In this document: positions 28,052 to 38,751 of the stretch, one piece after another
Numbering within the stretch: position 1 is the stretch's first letter
How the letters are laid out: every line of letters begins with the position of its first letter
Source of the DNA: Antedon mediterranea
Lineage: Eukaryota > Animalia > Echinodermata
Assembly (NCBI RefSeq): GCF_964355755.1
Contig: NC_092672.1
Span: 14,384,001 to 14,448,000, forward strand
Length of the DNA: 64,000 nucleotides
Direction: 5' to 3'
Position numbers and translations under genes: made by a program
The notes under the pieces: model-generated
Database searches by the model: none
What the model saw: the letters and a program-made list of their open reading frames with translations, nothing else
Told to the model about the DNA's origin: nothing

Positions 28052-29803
28052 ATGGCAATCACCGCTGATAAACATTTTGAGATTGCTATACTTCCAAAAA
28101 CTACACTTTCAAGAATGAATGATTTTCGGAGAGATGGAATTTTAATTGACATTTACATAGAAGCTGGACAAGAACGAATACCTGGTCATCGCAATGTGCT
28201 AGCTGCATCATCAAACTACTTCTACGCTATGTTCACAAGTAACATGAAAGAGAAACATGATGATACAATACATATATCCAACATTGATGCTGCAACAATG
28301 TTATCGATTATCAATTACATATATACAGGACAGATATGCTTAAGTCCTGATAATGTGCAGTCTGTTTTTGAAGCAGCCTGTCTAATGCAGCTTACCAAAC
28401 TACAAAAGTGCTGTTCTGAATTTTTTATTCACAATTTGGATGCCAGTAACTGCTTAGGAGTGTACAATCTTGCAATTTTGCATGACATAACTGACCTAGC
28501 AAATACAACGCTGAATGTGGTATTGCAATCATTCTCTGATGTTTTATGTGAAGAAGATTTTCTTCGACTTACAAAAGAGCAACTAACAGAGATGCTGAAG
28601 AAAGATGTGATAGTTAAAAGTGAAAATCAGGTTTTTGAAGGATTGATAAAATGGATTAAATATGACATGGATACAAGGCAAAAGCATCTTCATGATCTCT
28701 TGAAAGAAATTCGACTTGTTCATATGAAAGAAAAGTATTTAATAAAGTCAGTTCTTCAGCACCCTTTAATTGAAGAAAGTGCCCAATGTCGTGATGTCAT
28801 CAGTAAGACAATGGGCTTTTGGAATCTTTGTCCAGATAAGCAAATTGAAGTACGAGATAGCTGTCTCTGTTATCAAGCAAGACCTTATCGTGAAAAGATC
28901 TTCATTATTGGTGGTAAGGATGAAGATCAAAATTTCCAAAATAATATTTTATCTTGTGATGAAATTCAGCTTTCAAAATCTTGTTGGAAACATGAGGCTA
29001 CTCTTCCACTACCGTTACATGACTTGGATCTCATTGCTACTGCTCTAGATGATTCCATATTTATCAGTCAGCACAAACCAGCTATTCGTGCCAGTCCAAG
29101 CCCAATGTCGTCGAATCGTTGGATTTATCACCTAAAGGAGAAAACATGGAAAAAAATCCAGGCATCTCGCTTAAAATTTCGCTTTGAATTTGGAATAGCT
29201 TATCTTGAAGGATTTGTTTACATAATTGGTGGATATGATGCTAACATGAGGGATGTAAGTAAAGTTGAGCGGTATAATTGTCAGACAGATACTTGGGATG
29301 AAGTGGCAAAATTACCATATGTTACAGACTCTTGTGTGGCTGCAGAATGTAACCGTAGAATAATTGTCATTGGTGGACACAGCTCAAGTAGAAAAGCGGA
29401 AACCTTAGTGCAGAGTTATGATCCTTCAACTGACCGCTGGACAATGATAAATCCATTAACATGCACCATTAACATTAAAGATGTGTCTTGTCTTTCACTT
29501 GAAGGAAAGGTTTATGTGTTTTATTCAAACCCAGACATGCATGTTCTTTATTACAACCAAAATAATAAAAAGTGGCAAGAATTATTAACATGTGAAAAAA
29601 AACAAGTGATGTTCTCAGTCTGCCGTTACCAAAGGTGTATTGCACTGATCGGGGGTTTGCAAGGTGACTATATCGATGTTGAAGTTGTTGGTTCAGTTGA
29701 CATCTTCAAGCCTAATACAGCTGAATGGAAACTTCTACCAAATGCTGCTATTCCCCGGTGTGCTCATCAATCTGTGAGCTTTTTGTTATCGAACATTTCA
29801 TAA
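28052..29803 (+). CDS. Kelch-like protein (BTB-BACK-6xKelch), 583 aa, single coding exon
   Basis: BTB (HRNVLAASSNYFYAMFTSNMKE, YIYTG), BACK (NCLG, SENQVFEGLIKWIKYD, IRL) and Kelch repeats (IFIIGG, VYIIGG..VERYN..DTW, IIVIGG..YDPSTDRW, IALIGG). A splice acceptor lies just upstream at about 28018. Confidence 0.95.
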   Translation: MAITADKHFEIAILPKTTLSRMNDFRRDGILIDIYIEAGQERIPGHRNVLAASSNYFYAMFTSNMKEKHDDTIHISNIDAATMLSIINYIYTGQICLSPDNVQSVFEAACLMQLTKLQKCCSEFFIHNLDASNCLGVYNLAILHDITDLANTTLNVVLQSFSDVLCEEDFLRLTKEQLTEMLKKDVIVKSENQVFEGLIKWIKYDMDTRQKHLHDLLKEIRLVHMKEKYLIKSVLQHPLIEESAQCRDVISKTMGFWNLCPDKQIEVRDSCLCYQARPYREKIFIIGGKDEDQNFQNNILSCDEIQLSKSCWKHEATLPLPLHDLDLIATALDDSIFISQHKPAIRASPSPMSSNRWIYHLKEKTWKKIQASRLKFRFEFGIAYLEGFVYIIGGYDANMRDVSKVERYNCQTDTWDEVAKLPYVTDSCVAAECNRRIIVIGGHSSSRKAETLVQSYDPSTDRWTMINPLTCTINIKDVSCLSLEGKVYVFYSNPDMHVLYYNQNNKKWQELLTCEKKQVMFSVCRYQRCIALIGGLQGDYIDVEVVGSVDIFKPNTAEWKLLPNAAIPRCAHQSVSFLLSNIS

Positions 29804-30916
29804 AAACTTTAAAATGATGTTTGGATTGAACTTCGACAAATTTTAAATAACAAATAAGGTGAAAAAATAAATAATTTAATTGAACAATATCAATTTTAAA
29901 ATAATACTGCATACCATGCCTAAAAAATACAAATAATCATTCAATAGTTATTTTGACTAAAATCAAACCACATAGTATACATTTACCAAAAAGGAAACAA
30001 TAAAGAAGTATAATAAATACAAAAAATATAAATCCATATCATATCTAGGTTAATTATATCCAAAGTCTTTATCCAAAATATATTTCTATAATATCATCCA
30101 AATCTACTAAACTAATTTATTTCAAAACTATATCCTCTCTAAAAGCTTTTCCTGTTATATTTAAGGAACGGTCCTAATTAATATGCATGTACTGGGAGGC
30201 GACTATTTGGAAAAGGGAACATTCTTTGATGATGAGGAAACATAATTGATTAATAATGTGGGCTATTATAGGATAAAAGTGAATAAAGAGTAGAGACAGG
30301 AAGAAACACTATAGTACAAGGAAACTATGAAATATGGTTGAAGAAATTTAAATAGAATTTATTTCACCACAATGCATTTCTATAAGACTCCAATATAAAC
30401 AAACTAGGTTTTTTTAAACACAATGGCGAAAATGCCATAAAATGGACCAACAAACATAAAATGATAGATCTAATTACCACTTTATAACAGTTTTTACAAT
30501 GCTTTATATATTTCTTTACAGATTCGAAAGATCTGAACTACAATATACACATTATTTGTGCCGTTAATTAGAAAATGGCTGCGGAAACAGTTCAGTTTCT
30601 TCCAAAAGCACCAAGTTTCCCACCATCTTCGAATTCAATTTTTGATGAGCGCCAAGAAAAATGACCCCTTGGGTCACCTAATTTGCATAATTAAAATGGC
30701 AGAAATTTTCGCTCAAACAATCTATATTATCTCTGAAACTACTGGTTATAGGGAGTTGATTTTTAGCTCAAATTGTTCAGAGCATAAAAATTCCTATTTA
30801 CGCTAATGAAGCATTTTTTTTAATGAACGCGGAAATACCAGTTTTAACCTTTAACCCATGTTTTAAGGCATTGCCATATCTCAATCAATATTTGTCATCA
30901 ATTGTTTATATAGGCA

Positions 30917-30962
30917 TTCTCATTCCTGAGGACGATCAAAGTATTGATCGAAACGTCGAGAA
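30917..30962 (+). ncRNA. Minimal type I hammerhead ribozyme motif in a Penelope-like retroelement end
   Basis: CTGAGGA (30926-30932), stem II GATCAA-agta-TTGATC, GAAAC, GTC cleavage triplet (30955-30957). Confidence 0.65.
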
Positions 30963-31251
30963 ACTCAACAGTTCTTTTCAGAACTAATACACGTAGTGTA
31001 CCGCAAACTTTATAACAACATTTGATTTTGCCATGCAAACCTTCAAACAATATGAAAACAAGTGATTAACTTTATTAAAACTACAAAATAACATATTCAA
31101 AGTCTTATTTAATTAATCTTCATTTTTCATGTTTTTGGGGTACAATACATCTTTAATTGTATAGTTAACTGTATATTTATGATATTATTTTGCAATCCAC
31201 TTTGAGCACTTGTCGAAGGTGGCTACTTGCATGTGCAATTGAACAGTATAC

Positions 31252-31685
31252 AACTAAGACTGGGCACACTCCAACTAGAGGTAGAAAAGGGAAGATGGAA
31301 AAGAATAGAGCGCAGCAATAGGTTATGTAAAATTTGTAATATAAATGAAGTTGAAGATGAATATCATTTTGTTACAGTTTGCTCTCGTTACAAGGAAATC
31401 AGAAAAAAATGTATACCTTCTTTATTTTTTTGAAAATCCAAATACTTTTAAATTCTGCCGAATGTCATCACAGGATCCAATAATTATTGATAATCTATCT
31501 AAATATATTTATCATGCTTATAAGTTAAAATATATGTTTTGCTTAGAGAACGAAATTAATTAATTCATTTATCTTGTGACCATAAATTGCTTTATTTTTC
31601 AATGTAATTATTATTTTGTTAATTACTAGGGGCCAGAGGCCTAAAGTAAATAAAGTCAGGCGATAAGCCTGAATGAATGAATGAA
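31252..31685 (+). mobile_element. 5'-truncated LINE 3' end with (TGAA)n tail
   Basis: QLRLGTLQLEVEKGRW..RLCKICNINEVEDEYHFVTVC zinc knuckle with a frameshift, then AATAAA and a TGAA repeat tail. Confidence 0.8.
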
Positions 31686-32198
31686 TGAAGTTGAATAGAT
31701 TGTCCTATTTGTAGTGAGTCTAGAGTAACGCAACATGTCATAAGTAACAAAACTGTTATTACCCATCTAATCGCGTCCAGATGATGGCCGATTTTGTTAA
31801 AATTTAAAAATCTTTGAGAACTGCCAAGTGCGGAACAAGGATAGACATAGACATCGACATCGCTTTATTCATCCATAAATTTGGAAATTACTGTATTCAT
31901 AGCTTTCTCTCTCATGAAATATAACAACAGAATTAAATACAGACAAAATAATATGACCAACGAACATATTTTCTATTGAATGAAATTAAATACCTCTTGG
32001 AATGAAAGAGTTGGGATATCAGTTCGTGTTAGCCGCCGGTACCCTCAGTCTACCGCTGCGTTGTACTATGCAACTGCTAATAGTCGAATTCAACTGGTGA
32101 TTTTCGTCAGACATTACGTCATCGATTTTATCAGCTAATCGTTCTTGGTAGACGGAGACTGCAGTTCTGTACCGATAATTCTCTGAAACCTATTGACA

Positions 32199-34030
32199 AA
32201 CCTTTGTAGTCTGTCCCTATCACCTTGTGAGATGTTTCCACCCCAGCAAACCAACCTTTGTAGTCTGTCCCTATCACCTTGTGAGATGTTTCCACCCCAG
32301 CAAACCAACCTTTGTAGTCTGTCCCTATCACCTTGTGAGATGTTTCCACCCCAGCTAACCAACCTTTGTAGTCTGTCCCTATCACCTTGTGAGATGTTTC
32401 CACCCCAGCAAACCAACCTTTGTAGTCTGTCCCTATCACCTTGTGAGATGTTTCCACCCCAGCAAACCAACCTTTGTAGTCTGTCCCTATCACCTTGTGA
32501 GATGTTTCCACCCCAGCTAACAAACCTTTGTAGTCTGTCCCCAGGCCCGTAGCCAGGGGGGGGTTTTTATGGTTCGGGCGAACCCCCCCCCCCCCCCCTT
32601 TACAGCGAACCCCCCTTAACCGACTGCGAACCCCCATCCCCGACATGCCCAATACCTCACCCTCATCTCCGAAAATCGTCCAAATACGTGCCCCACAGTA
32701 CAAAAAGTTGTTCGTAAATTAAAAAATTCGTAAACTCGTTCGGAATAACTCATACAGTACCTTTTTCCCTGTATGAGCGTACTTCGAGCGATAAAGTCTG
32801 TAAAGAGTTGCAAATGAATTGCGGATTTTAACCTGAAAAATAAATGTTTGGTCCCTGCATGTAACATGATATTGACGCGTCTCACAGCGAGCTGGGGGAC
32901 GAACGATTCGTACAAAGGACACCGCCAGACAACTGCGTACCAATTGTTTAGATCACTGGCAGTCAGGCAGCATGCATAAAGTATATAGCCTTCCGACATA
33001 CATCAGTATTTATGTGTGGCTATGAAGTATAATGTATCATAGAGGATTATAGTGAATATTAATATCTTACACTATAATATCTATGGTATCATGTACTGTA
33101 GTTCACATTATGGCATCCGATTATTTTTTTCTAGACCACCAGCCGATACGTACTCAAATGTATCAATATCACCTATTTACATTGGCATATTTAATTTCCT
33201 CAACAAATTGCTGTAAATAAATATTATAGATAGAGCTATAATAAGAATTGCTTTTGCCTTCACCCAGTGTGCTTTTTTCGGGGCTTCTCCTAGACGTACG
33301 TTCGCATTGAACTTGAACGCAAAACAAAATATCGAGTAAATGATCAAACAATCGGCGGTTCCGCACAGAGCACGCGCATCTAACATACGGCAACAAATGT
33401 AATCGTTTAAATAGTCCACGAGTCCAAGTACGATCGTTTTGCTCATTGGTAGCATGCTGCATGAGAGTGTCTTTTCCGACCATCTAGGGGTGTCATTTAA
33501 CAAAATTTGCTTCGCCTCAGGCCCCACCCCAGGGGGGGGGGGGGTAGGTATGGGGGTGGGGGTGACCCAAATACTTAGTGTGCGAACCCCCCCTTGACAG
33601 ATCCTGGCTACGGCCCTGGCACCTTGTGAGATGTTTCCACCCCAGCTAACCAACCTTTGTAGTCTGTCCCTATCACCTTGTGAGATGTTTCCACCCCAGC
33701 AAACCAACCTTTGTAGTCTGTCCCTATCACCTTGTGAGATGTTTCCACCCCAGCTAACCAACCTTTGTAGTCTGTCCCTATCACCTTGTGAGATGTTTCC
33801 ACCCCAGCTAACCAACCTTTGTAGTCTGTCCCTATCACCTTGTGAGATGTTTCCACCCCAGCAAACCAACCTTTGTAGTCTGTCCCTATTACCTTGTGAG
33901 ATGTTTCCACCCCAGCTAACCAACCTTTGTAGTCTGTCCCTATCACCTTGTGAGATGTTTCCACCCCAGCTAACCAACCTTTGTAGTCTGTCCCTATCAC
34001 CTTGTGAGATGTTTCCACTCCAGCAAACCA
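32199..34030. repeat. 54-bp minisatellite (~14 copies) derived from LINE ORF2 coding sequence, split by an insertion
   Basis: Unit AACCTTTGTAGTCTGTCCCTATCACCTTGTGAGATGTTTCCACCCCAGCWAACC; about 6.3 copies at 32199-32541 and about 7.6 copies at 33620-34030. Confidence 0.95.
32542..33618. mobile_element. hAT-like non-autonomous element inserted in the minisatellite
   Basis: TIR CAGGCCCGTAGCCAGG / CCTGGCTACGGCCCTG; internal sequence shared with 16105-16170, 45500-46030 and 59700-59960. Confidence 0.8.
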
Positions 34031-35110
34031 AACAATAGCTATATAAACCGAGAATAATGGAATTATAGTAAGATAACAATATCTCTTTTCGTACATCAAA
34101 TGAATTCAGTTTCCTGAATCAATAAAAATACCCCACGAAAGTTTGTTATCGTATGTCACCCCCAGATACTTATACGATGTGACCTGTGCAATTTCTTTAT
34201 TTTCAATTACAATTATTTCTTTCTTTACTCGCTTTTGTTTTCTATAATCGATTACCATTTCTTTGGTTTTCTCAGTATTAATTTTTAAAGAAAATTATCC
34301 TTACAGTAAGCAACAAACCTTAGAATTTCTGTATAATATTGTGACAGGTCGTCCTTCTTAATCAGACCTAGGATCACAGAATCATCCGCGTATTTAATTG
34401 TGGAACATTCGATAGCTGATCTGAAATCAGCAGTGTATAATATACTATATATTATATAGTAACAGAAACGGAGCTAGCACGGTGCCTTGTGAGGCGCCAG
34501 TACTAGTATAGGGTATCGGGACAGAGGTTACCAATTCGTACAAATTGTGACCGATTCGTCAAATAATTAAGAACAAAAGTGATGAGATAACATGGGACAT
34601 TCATATTAATGAACTTATTGGTCATAACATGTGGCTGAATTGTATTAAAAGCTGATGAAAAGTCAAAATACATCAGCCGCACTGAATGTCCCTTGCTAAC
34701 TTGTTCTAAATGAGAGTAAATTCTGTCATTTTTAAAAAGTAATGCATCTTCGGTGGAACGATTATAACAATACGCAAATTGCAGAGTCCATATAGTTCTT
34801 AACTATAGTGGCTTTAACAAATTAACTACAATTTTCTCAAGAACTTTCATTTCCGTAGACGTGAGAGCTATTGGACGAAGATCATTCATCACACTGATCA
34901 CTGGTCGTTTAGGATTACTTAGGTCTGGAAACAAAATATATATTCTTCAGTTGTGGTTCGCAATATGGCAACAGTATAGTCTCTTTGTATATTGTGCGTC
35001 CTGAAAATGTCCATACTTTCAATTAGTAGGTTGATATACCCCAGTTTGAAGGCCCTTAAAAGAAAGATACTCAGAGAAACAAAGCAATATAAGACAAGTA
35101 GGCCTACCCT

Positions 35111-35316
35111 GGAGTTGGATAGCCGAGTGGTTAGGACACTTGACTGTCATACAGATAAACCCGGGTTCAATTCCCGACAACTCCCAGTCCACTCAGCTGT
35201 AAATGAGTACCTGGTTGAAAATACTAGGGAGAAAAAGGCGGCGTGGAAAGGAACTGGCCACCCTAACACATAATGCCGAGGCTTAGTACAGAGAACACGG
35301 GACTCACCCTTTACCT
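35111..35316 (+). mobile_element. tRNA-derived SINE (Deu/Nin-like core)
   Basis: A box TAGCCGAGTGG, B box GGTTCAATTCC, core CCACTCAGCTGTAAATGAGTACC; second copy at 56535-56756. Confidence 0.85.
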
Positions 35317-37051
35317 GGCCCTGAATGTAACAACCAAACAAAAAACACTAACTTTCCAAAACAAAACTTGAATGGATTTCATCAGTACACACTATTGCTA
35401 AATGTGTAGAAGATTCGATTAGATGAGAATGAGATTAAGTTTTTTTTTTCTATACAATTTTCTCGCATTTGCATTACTCTAGACTCACTACAAATAGGAC
35501 AATCTATTCAACTTCATTCAGTATACTCGTTCAATTGCACATGCAAGTAGCCATCTTCGACAAGTGCTCAAAGTGGATTGCAAAATAATATCATAAATAT
35601 ATATAAACAAATTTAGAATGTTATGTATGTAACAGCAGTAACTCTACTTCCTGACATTTTTTTGAAAAATCTTCTGTTAAGCAGAATAGTAACATATACA
35701 TTCTGAACAATCTGACACCAAAATGAACTATCCCAATAATGAGATATGGCAATTTGCCTGAAAACAGGTCAAATATCAAATATGGTATTTCTGGTCATTA
35801 TTTGAGAAAAAACTTCATTGTAGTAAATAGAAATGTTTATTTTGACACCTAAACTCTGTGACAAGTAGTTTTATGGATATAAAAATATATTAACCTTAAC
35901 AAGGTTGGCAATTGCACCATGCCTAAAGGTCATCAAAGGCAAACGTGCGTACTTCTGGGCATTTTTTTCATGAAATGTTTCATTAAACTAAATAGTATAG
36001 TAACATATATATTCTGAACAATTTGTCACCAAAATCATATATGACCAATAGAGATATTGAGCGTTTAAGTGAAAATGTCTGACATTTTAAATTATGCAAA
36101 TTAGGTAACCCAAGGGGTCATTTTGCTTGGCGCCCATCATGAATTGAAATTGTATAGGGTGGGAAACCTGTATACCAAATTTGGTATTTTTGGAAAAAGT
36201 AGGCTTATCCCTATAACAGACGTGATTGCAGCTAATAAATGAAATATCCCTATTTTATAGGCCTAGACAACGCAGTCCTATGCTTAATGCATAGGACTAC
36301 GGTGTCTAATAAATCAGTTCAGTTACATTTGTGCAGTAATAATAACAATAACAATATACTACAACATTGGTGGTGCCAGCAGGGAGGGGTGGGGGAGATT
36401 ATAGAAAATATTTTGATATTGTGTTGAAATCTCTAAATATGATAAAACAAATATGTATACAGAGAAAATTTATATTACAAAGCTAGCTAAAACGATAGGC
36501 CTATAAAGAATGATATTCAGTATTAAAAATTGAGATTCGGTATAATAATGATAAAATGGTATACTGCATTATAAGATTGTGCTTTGTTTGAATACTTTGA
36601 TAAAATTGTATAGTTTTACCTTTTGAACATAAAATTGCTTTCATTATTTACATGAATTATATGATAAAATAACAAACTAATAAATATTGCAAAGCTAAAC
36701 CCAAAGAAGTATGGGGATACGCGCCCTCGTCGCTAGCCAGGCATATTTTTTTCATAGTTCTAGTTTAAGTCTGGCTAGAGTTAATTTAAAATGTTATTTG
36801 GTTTTCAACCTATGTTAAATACACAAAATTCATAAATTGCGCATTCACATTGCGCAATTGTAAACGTCATGAAAATGTTATGCTGCACAATTCAACTTCA
36901 CGTGAATGACGATTTAAATTTAAATGTATATAGTAGATTCGTATTAGTTAAGTATAGTTTTATATATTTTGTCATTTTTAAGAGTTCCGGTTATCCGCAG
37001 AAATGCAAAATGCACATAGAAAGAAGAATAAAGAGGAAAAAAAGATCCTTA

Positions 37052-38067
37052 CAATCACAAGGGTTATCCAAAGAAGATCATAATCTGTGATCAATCACAA
37101 GGGTTATCCAAAGAAGATCATAATCTTTGATCAATCACAAGGGTTATCCAAAGAAGATCATAATCTTTGATCAATCACAAGGGTAATCCAAAGAAGATCA
37201 TAATCTTTGATCAATCACAAGGGTTATCCAAAGAAGATCATAATCTTTGATCAATCACAAGGGTAATCAAAAGAAGATCATAATCTTTGATCAATCACAA
37301 GGGTAATCCAAAGAAGATCATAATCTTTGATCAATCACAAGGGTTATCCAAAGAAGATCATAATCTTTGATCAATCACAAGGGTTATCCAAAGAAGATCA
37401 TAATCTTTGATCAATCGCAAGGGTTATCCAAACAAGATCATAATCTTTGATCAATCACAAGGGTTATCCAAAGAAGATCATAATCTTTGATCAATCACAA
37501 GGGTAATCCAAAGAAGATCATAATCTTTGATCAATCACAAGGGTTATCCAAAGAAGATCATAATCTTTGATCAATCACAAGGGTAATCCAAAGAAGATCA
37601 TAATCTTTGATCAATCACAAGGGTTATCCAAAGAAGATCATAATCTTTGATCAATCACAAGGGTAATCCAAAGAAGATCATAATCTTTGATCAATCACAA
37701 GGGTTATCCAAAGAAGATCATAATCTGTGATCAATCACAAGGGTTATCCAAAGAAGATCATAATCTTTGATCAATCACAAGGGTTATCCAAAGAAGATCA
37801 TAATCTTTGATCAATCACAAGGGTAATCCAAAAAAGATCATAATCTTTGATCAATCACAAGGGTTATCCAAAGAAGATCATAATCTTTGATCAATCACAA
37901 GGGTTATCCAAAGAAGATCATAATCTTTGATCAATCGCAAGGGTTATCCAAAGAAGATCATAATCTTTGATCAATCACAAGGGTAATCCAAAGAAGATCA
38001 TAATCTTTGATCAATCACAAGGGTTATCCAAAGAAGATCATAATCTTTGATCAATCACAAGGGTTAT
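37052..38067. repeat. 40-bp minisatellite, ~25 near-identical copies
   Basis: Unit TCAATCACAAGGGTWATCCAAAGAAGATCATAATCTTTGA with no spacers. Confidence 0.97.
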
Positions 38068-38751
38068 GATATTTAGAATTAGGTTTTTTAAATGTTGCCT
38101 TTGCCAGTGAAGAAAATGTTTGCACATTTCATGGCTCAACAATAATCCATTGATCTTCTTTGATAGTAATGTTTTAAAAAAGATTAATAAAATCAGACTT
38201 TGAAGATTTTGTAGTTTTAATCTCTTCCATTGCATAAAACAAATTAGTTTTTAAAGAAATATATCTACTACTCCGTCAAATACATTATAGGCCTACTTGG
38301 GAAATGAACGATGTCTCGCACTTTTATTGATGGCGTTACGTTTTGATACGTGCCTCTTTTTGTCACACCATAATAATTATTATTATTAACGATGGGTTTT
38401 TCCCTGCTGTGTGTTTTGGTGATCAATGAACCTGCACAAACACCCATCATGCTCTATTATCTACATTATTGATTGATGACGCTTTGCAAATTAACAGTTA
38501 AATGAAGCAACATTTTGCTTTGTTTCTCATTTAATATATTGTATTAGTTAAAATTGCTGACAACATTGGCGGTAGTTCCATTTCGCAGCTGTCTAAATTT
38601 GTTAACTTGACACAAACCGTGGTGGGAAAAGTTTGACATTCTTTTCACCAACCACAACTCCCTGCTGCATAGGGCCTAGCTAGACCTAGGTAGATAGGGG
38701 TAATACAGGTAGTAATAATACAGTACAACTACAAACAAGATCAGATTGTGG

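Larger units (their letters stand above)
31840..34920 (-). mobile_element. Decayed CR1-group LINE (Rex1/Babar or L2-like) RT region, interrupted by a minisatellite and a MITE
   Basis: Minus-strand motifs NDLRPIALTS, GASQGTVLAP, IKYADD (~34381-34398), KTKEMVIDYR, SYKYLGV, YCLVCW, RLRVP, then polyA signal near 31865; stops and frameshifts present. Confidence 0.85.
31172..35601. repeat. ~130-bp high-identity inverted repeat pair bracketing nested retroelements
   Basis: The reverse complement of 35469-35601 matches 31172-31251 joined to 31682-31733; the left arm is split by a LINE fragment. Confidence 0.85.

Noticed and set aside
32131-34099. Repetitive ORFs of 111-300 aa on both strands
   Set aside because: By-products of a stop-free 54-bp minisatellite within a decayed LINE and MITE, not host genes.
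35111-35185. tRNA gene
   Set aside because: Has A and B boxes but continues into a SINE core and tail and has a dispersed second copy; no convincing cloverleaf.
37052-38067. CRISPR-like regular array
   Set aside because: Units are head-to-tail with no unique spacers, there are no cas genes and the context is eukaryotic; it is a minisatellite.
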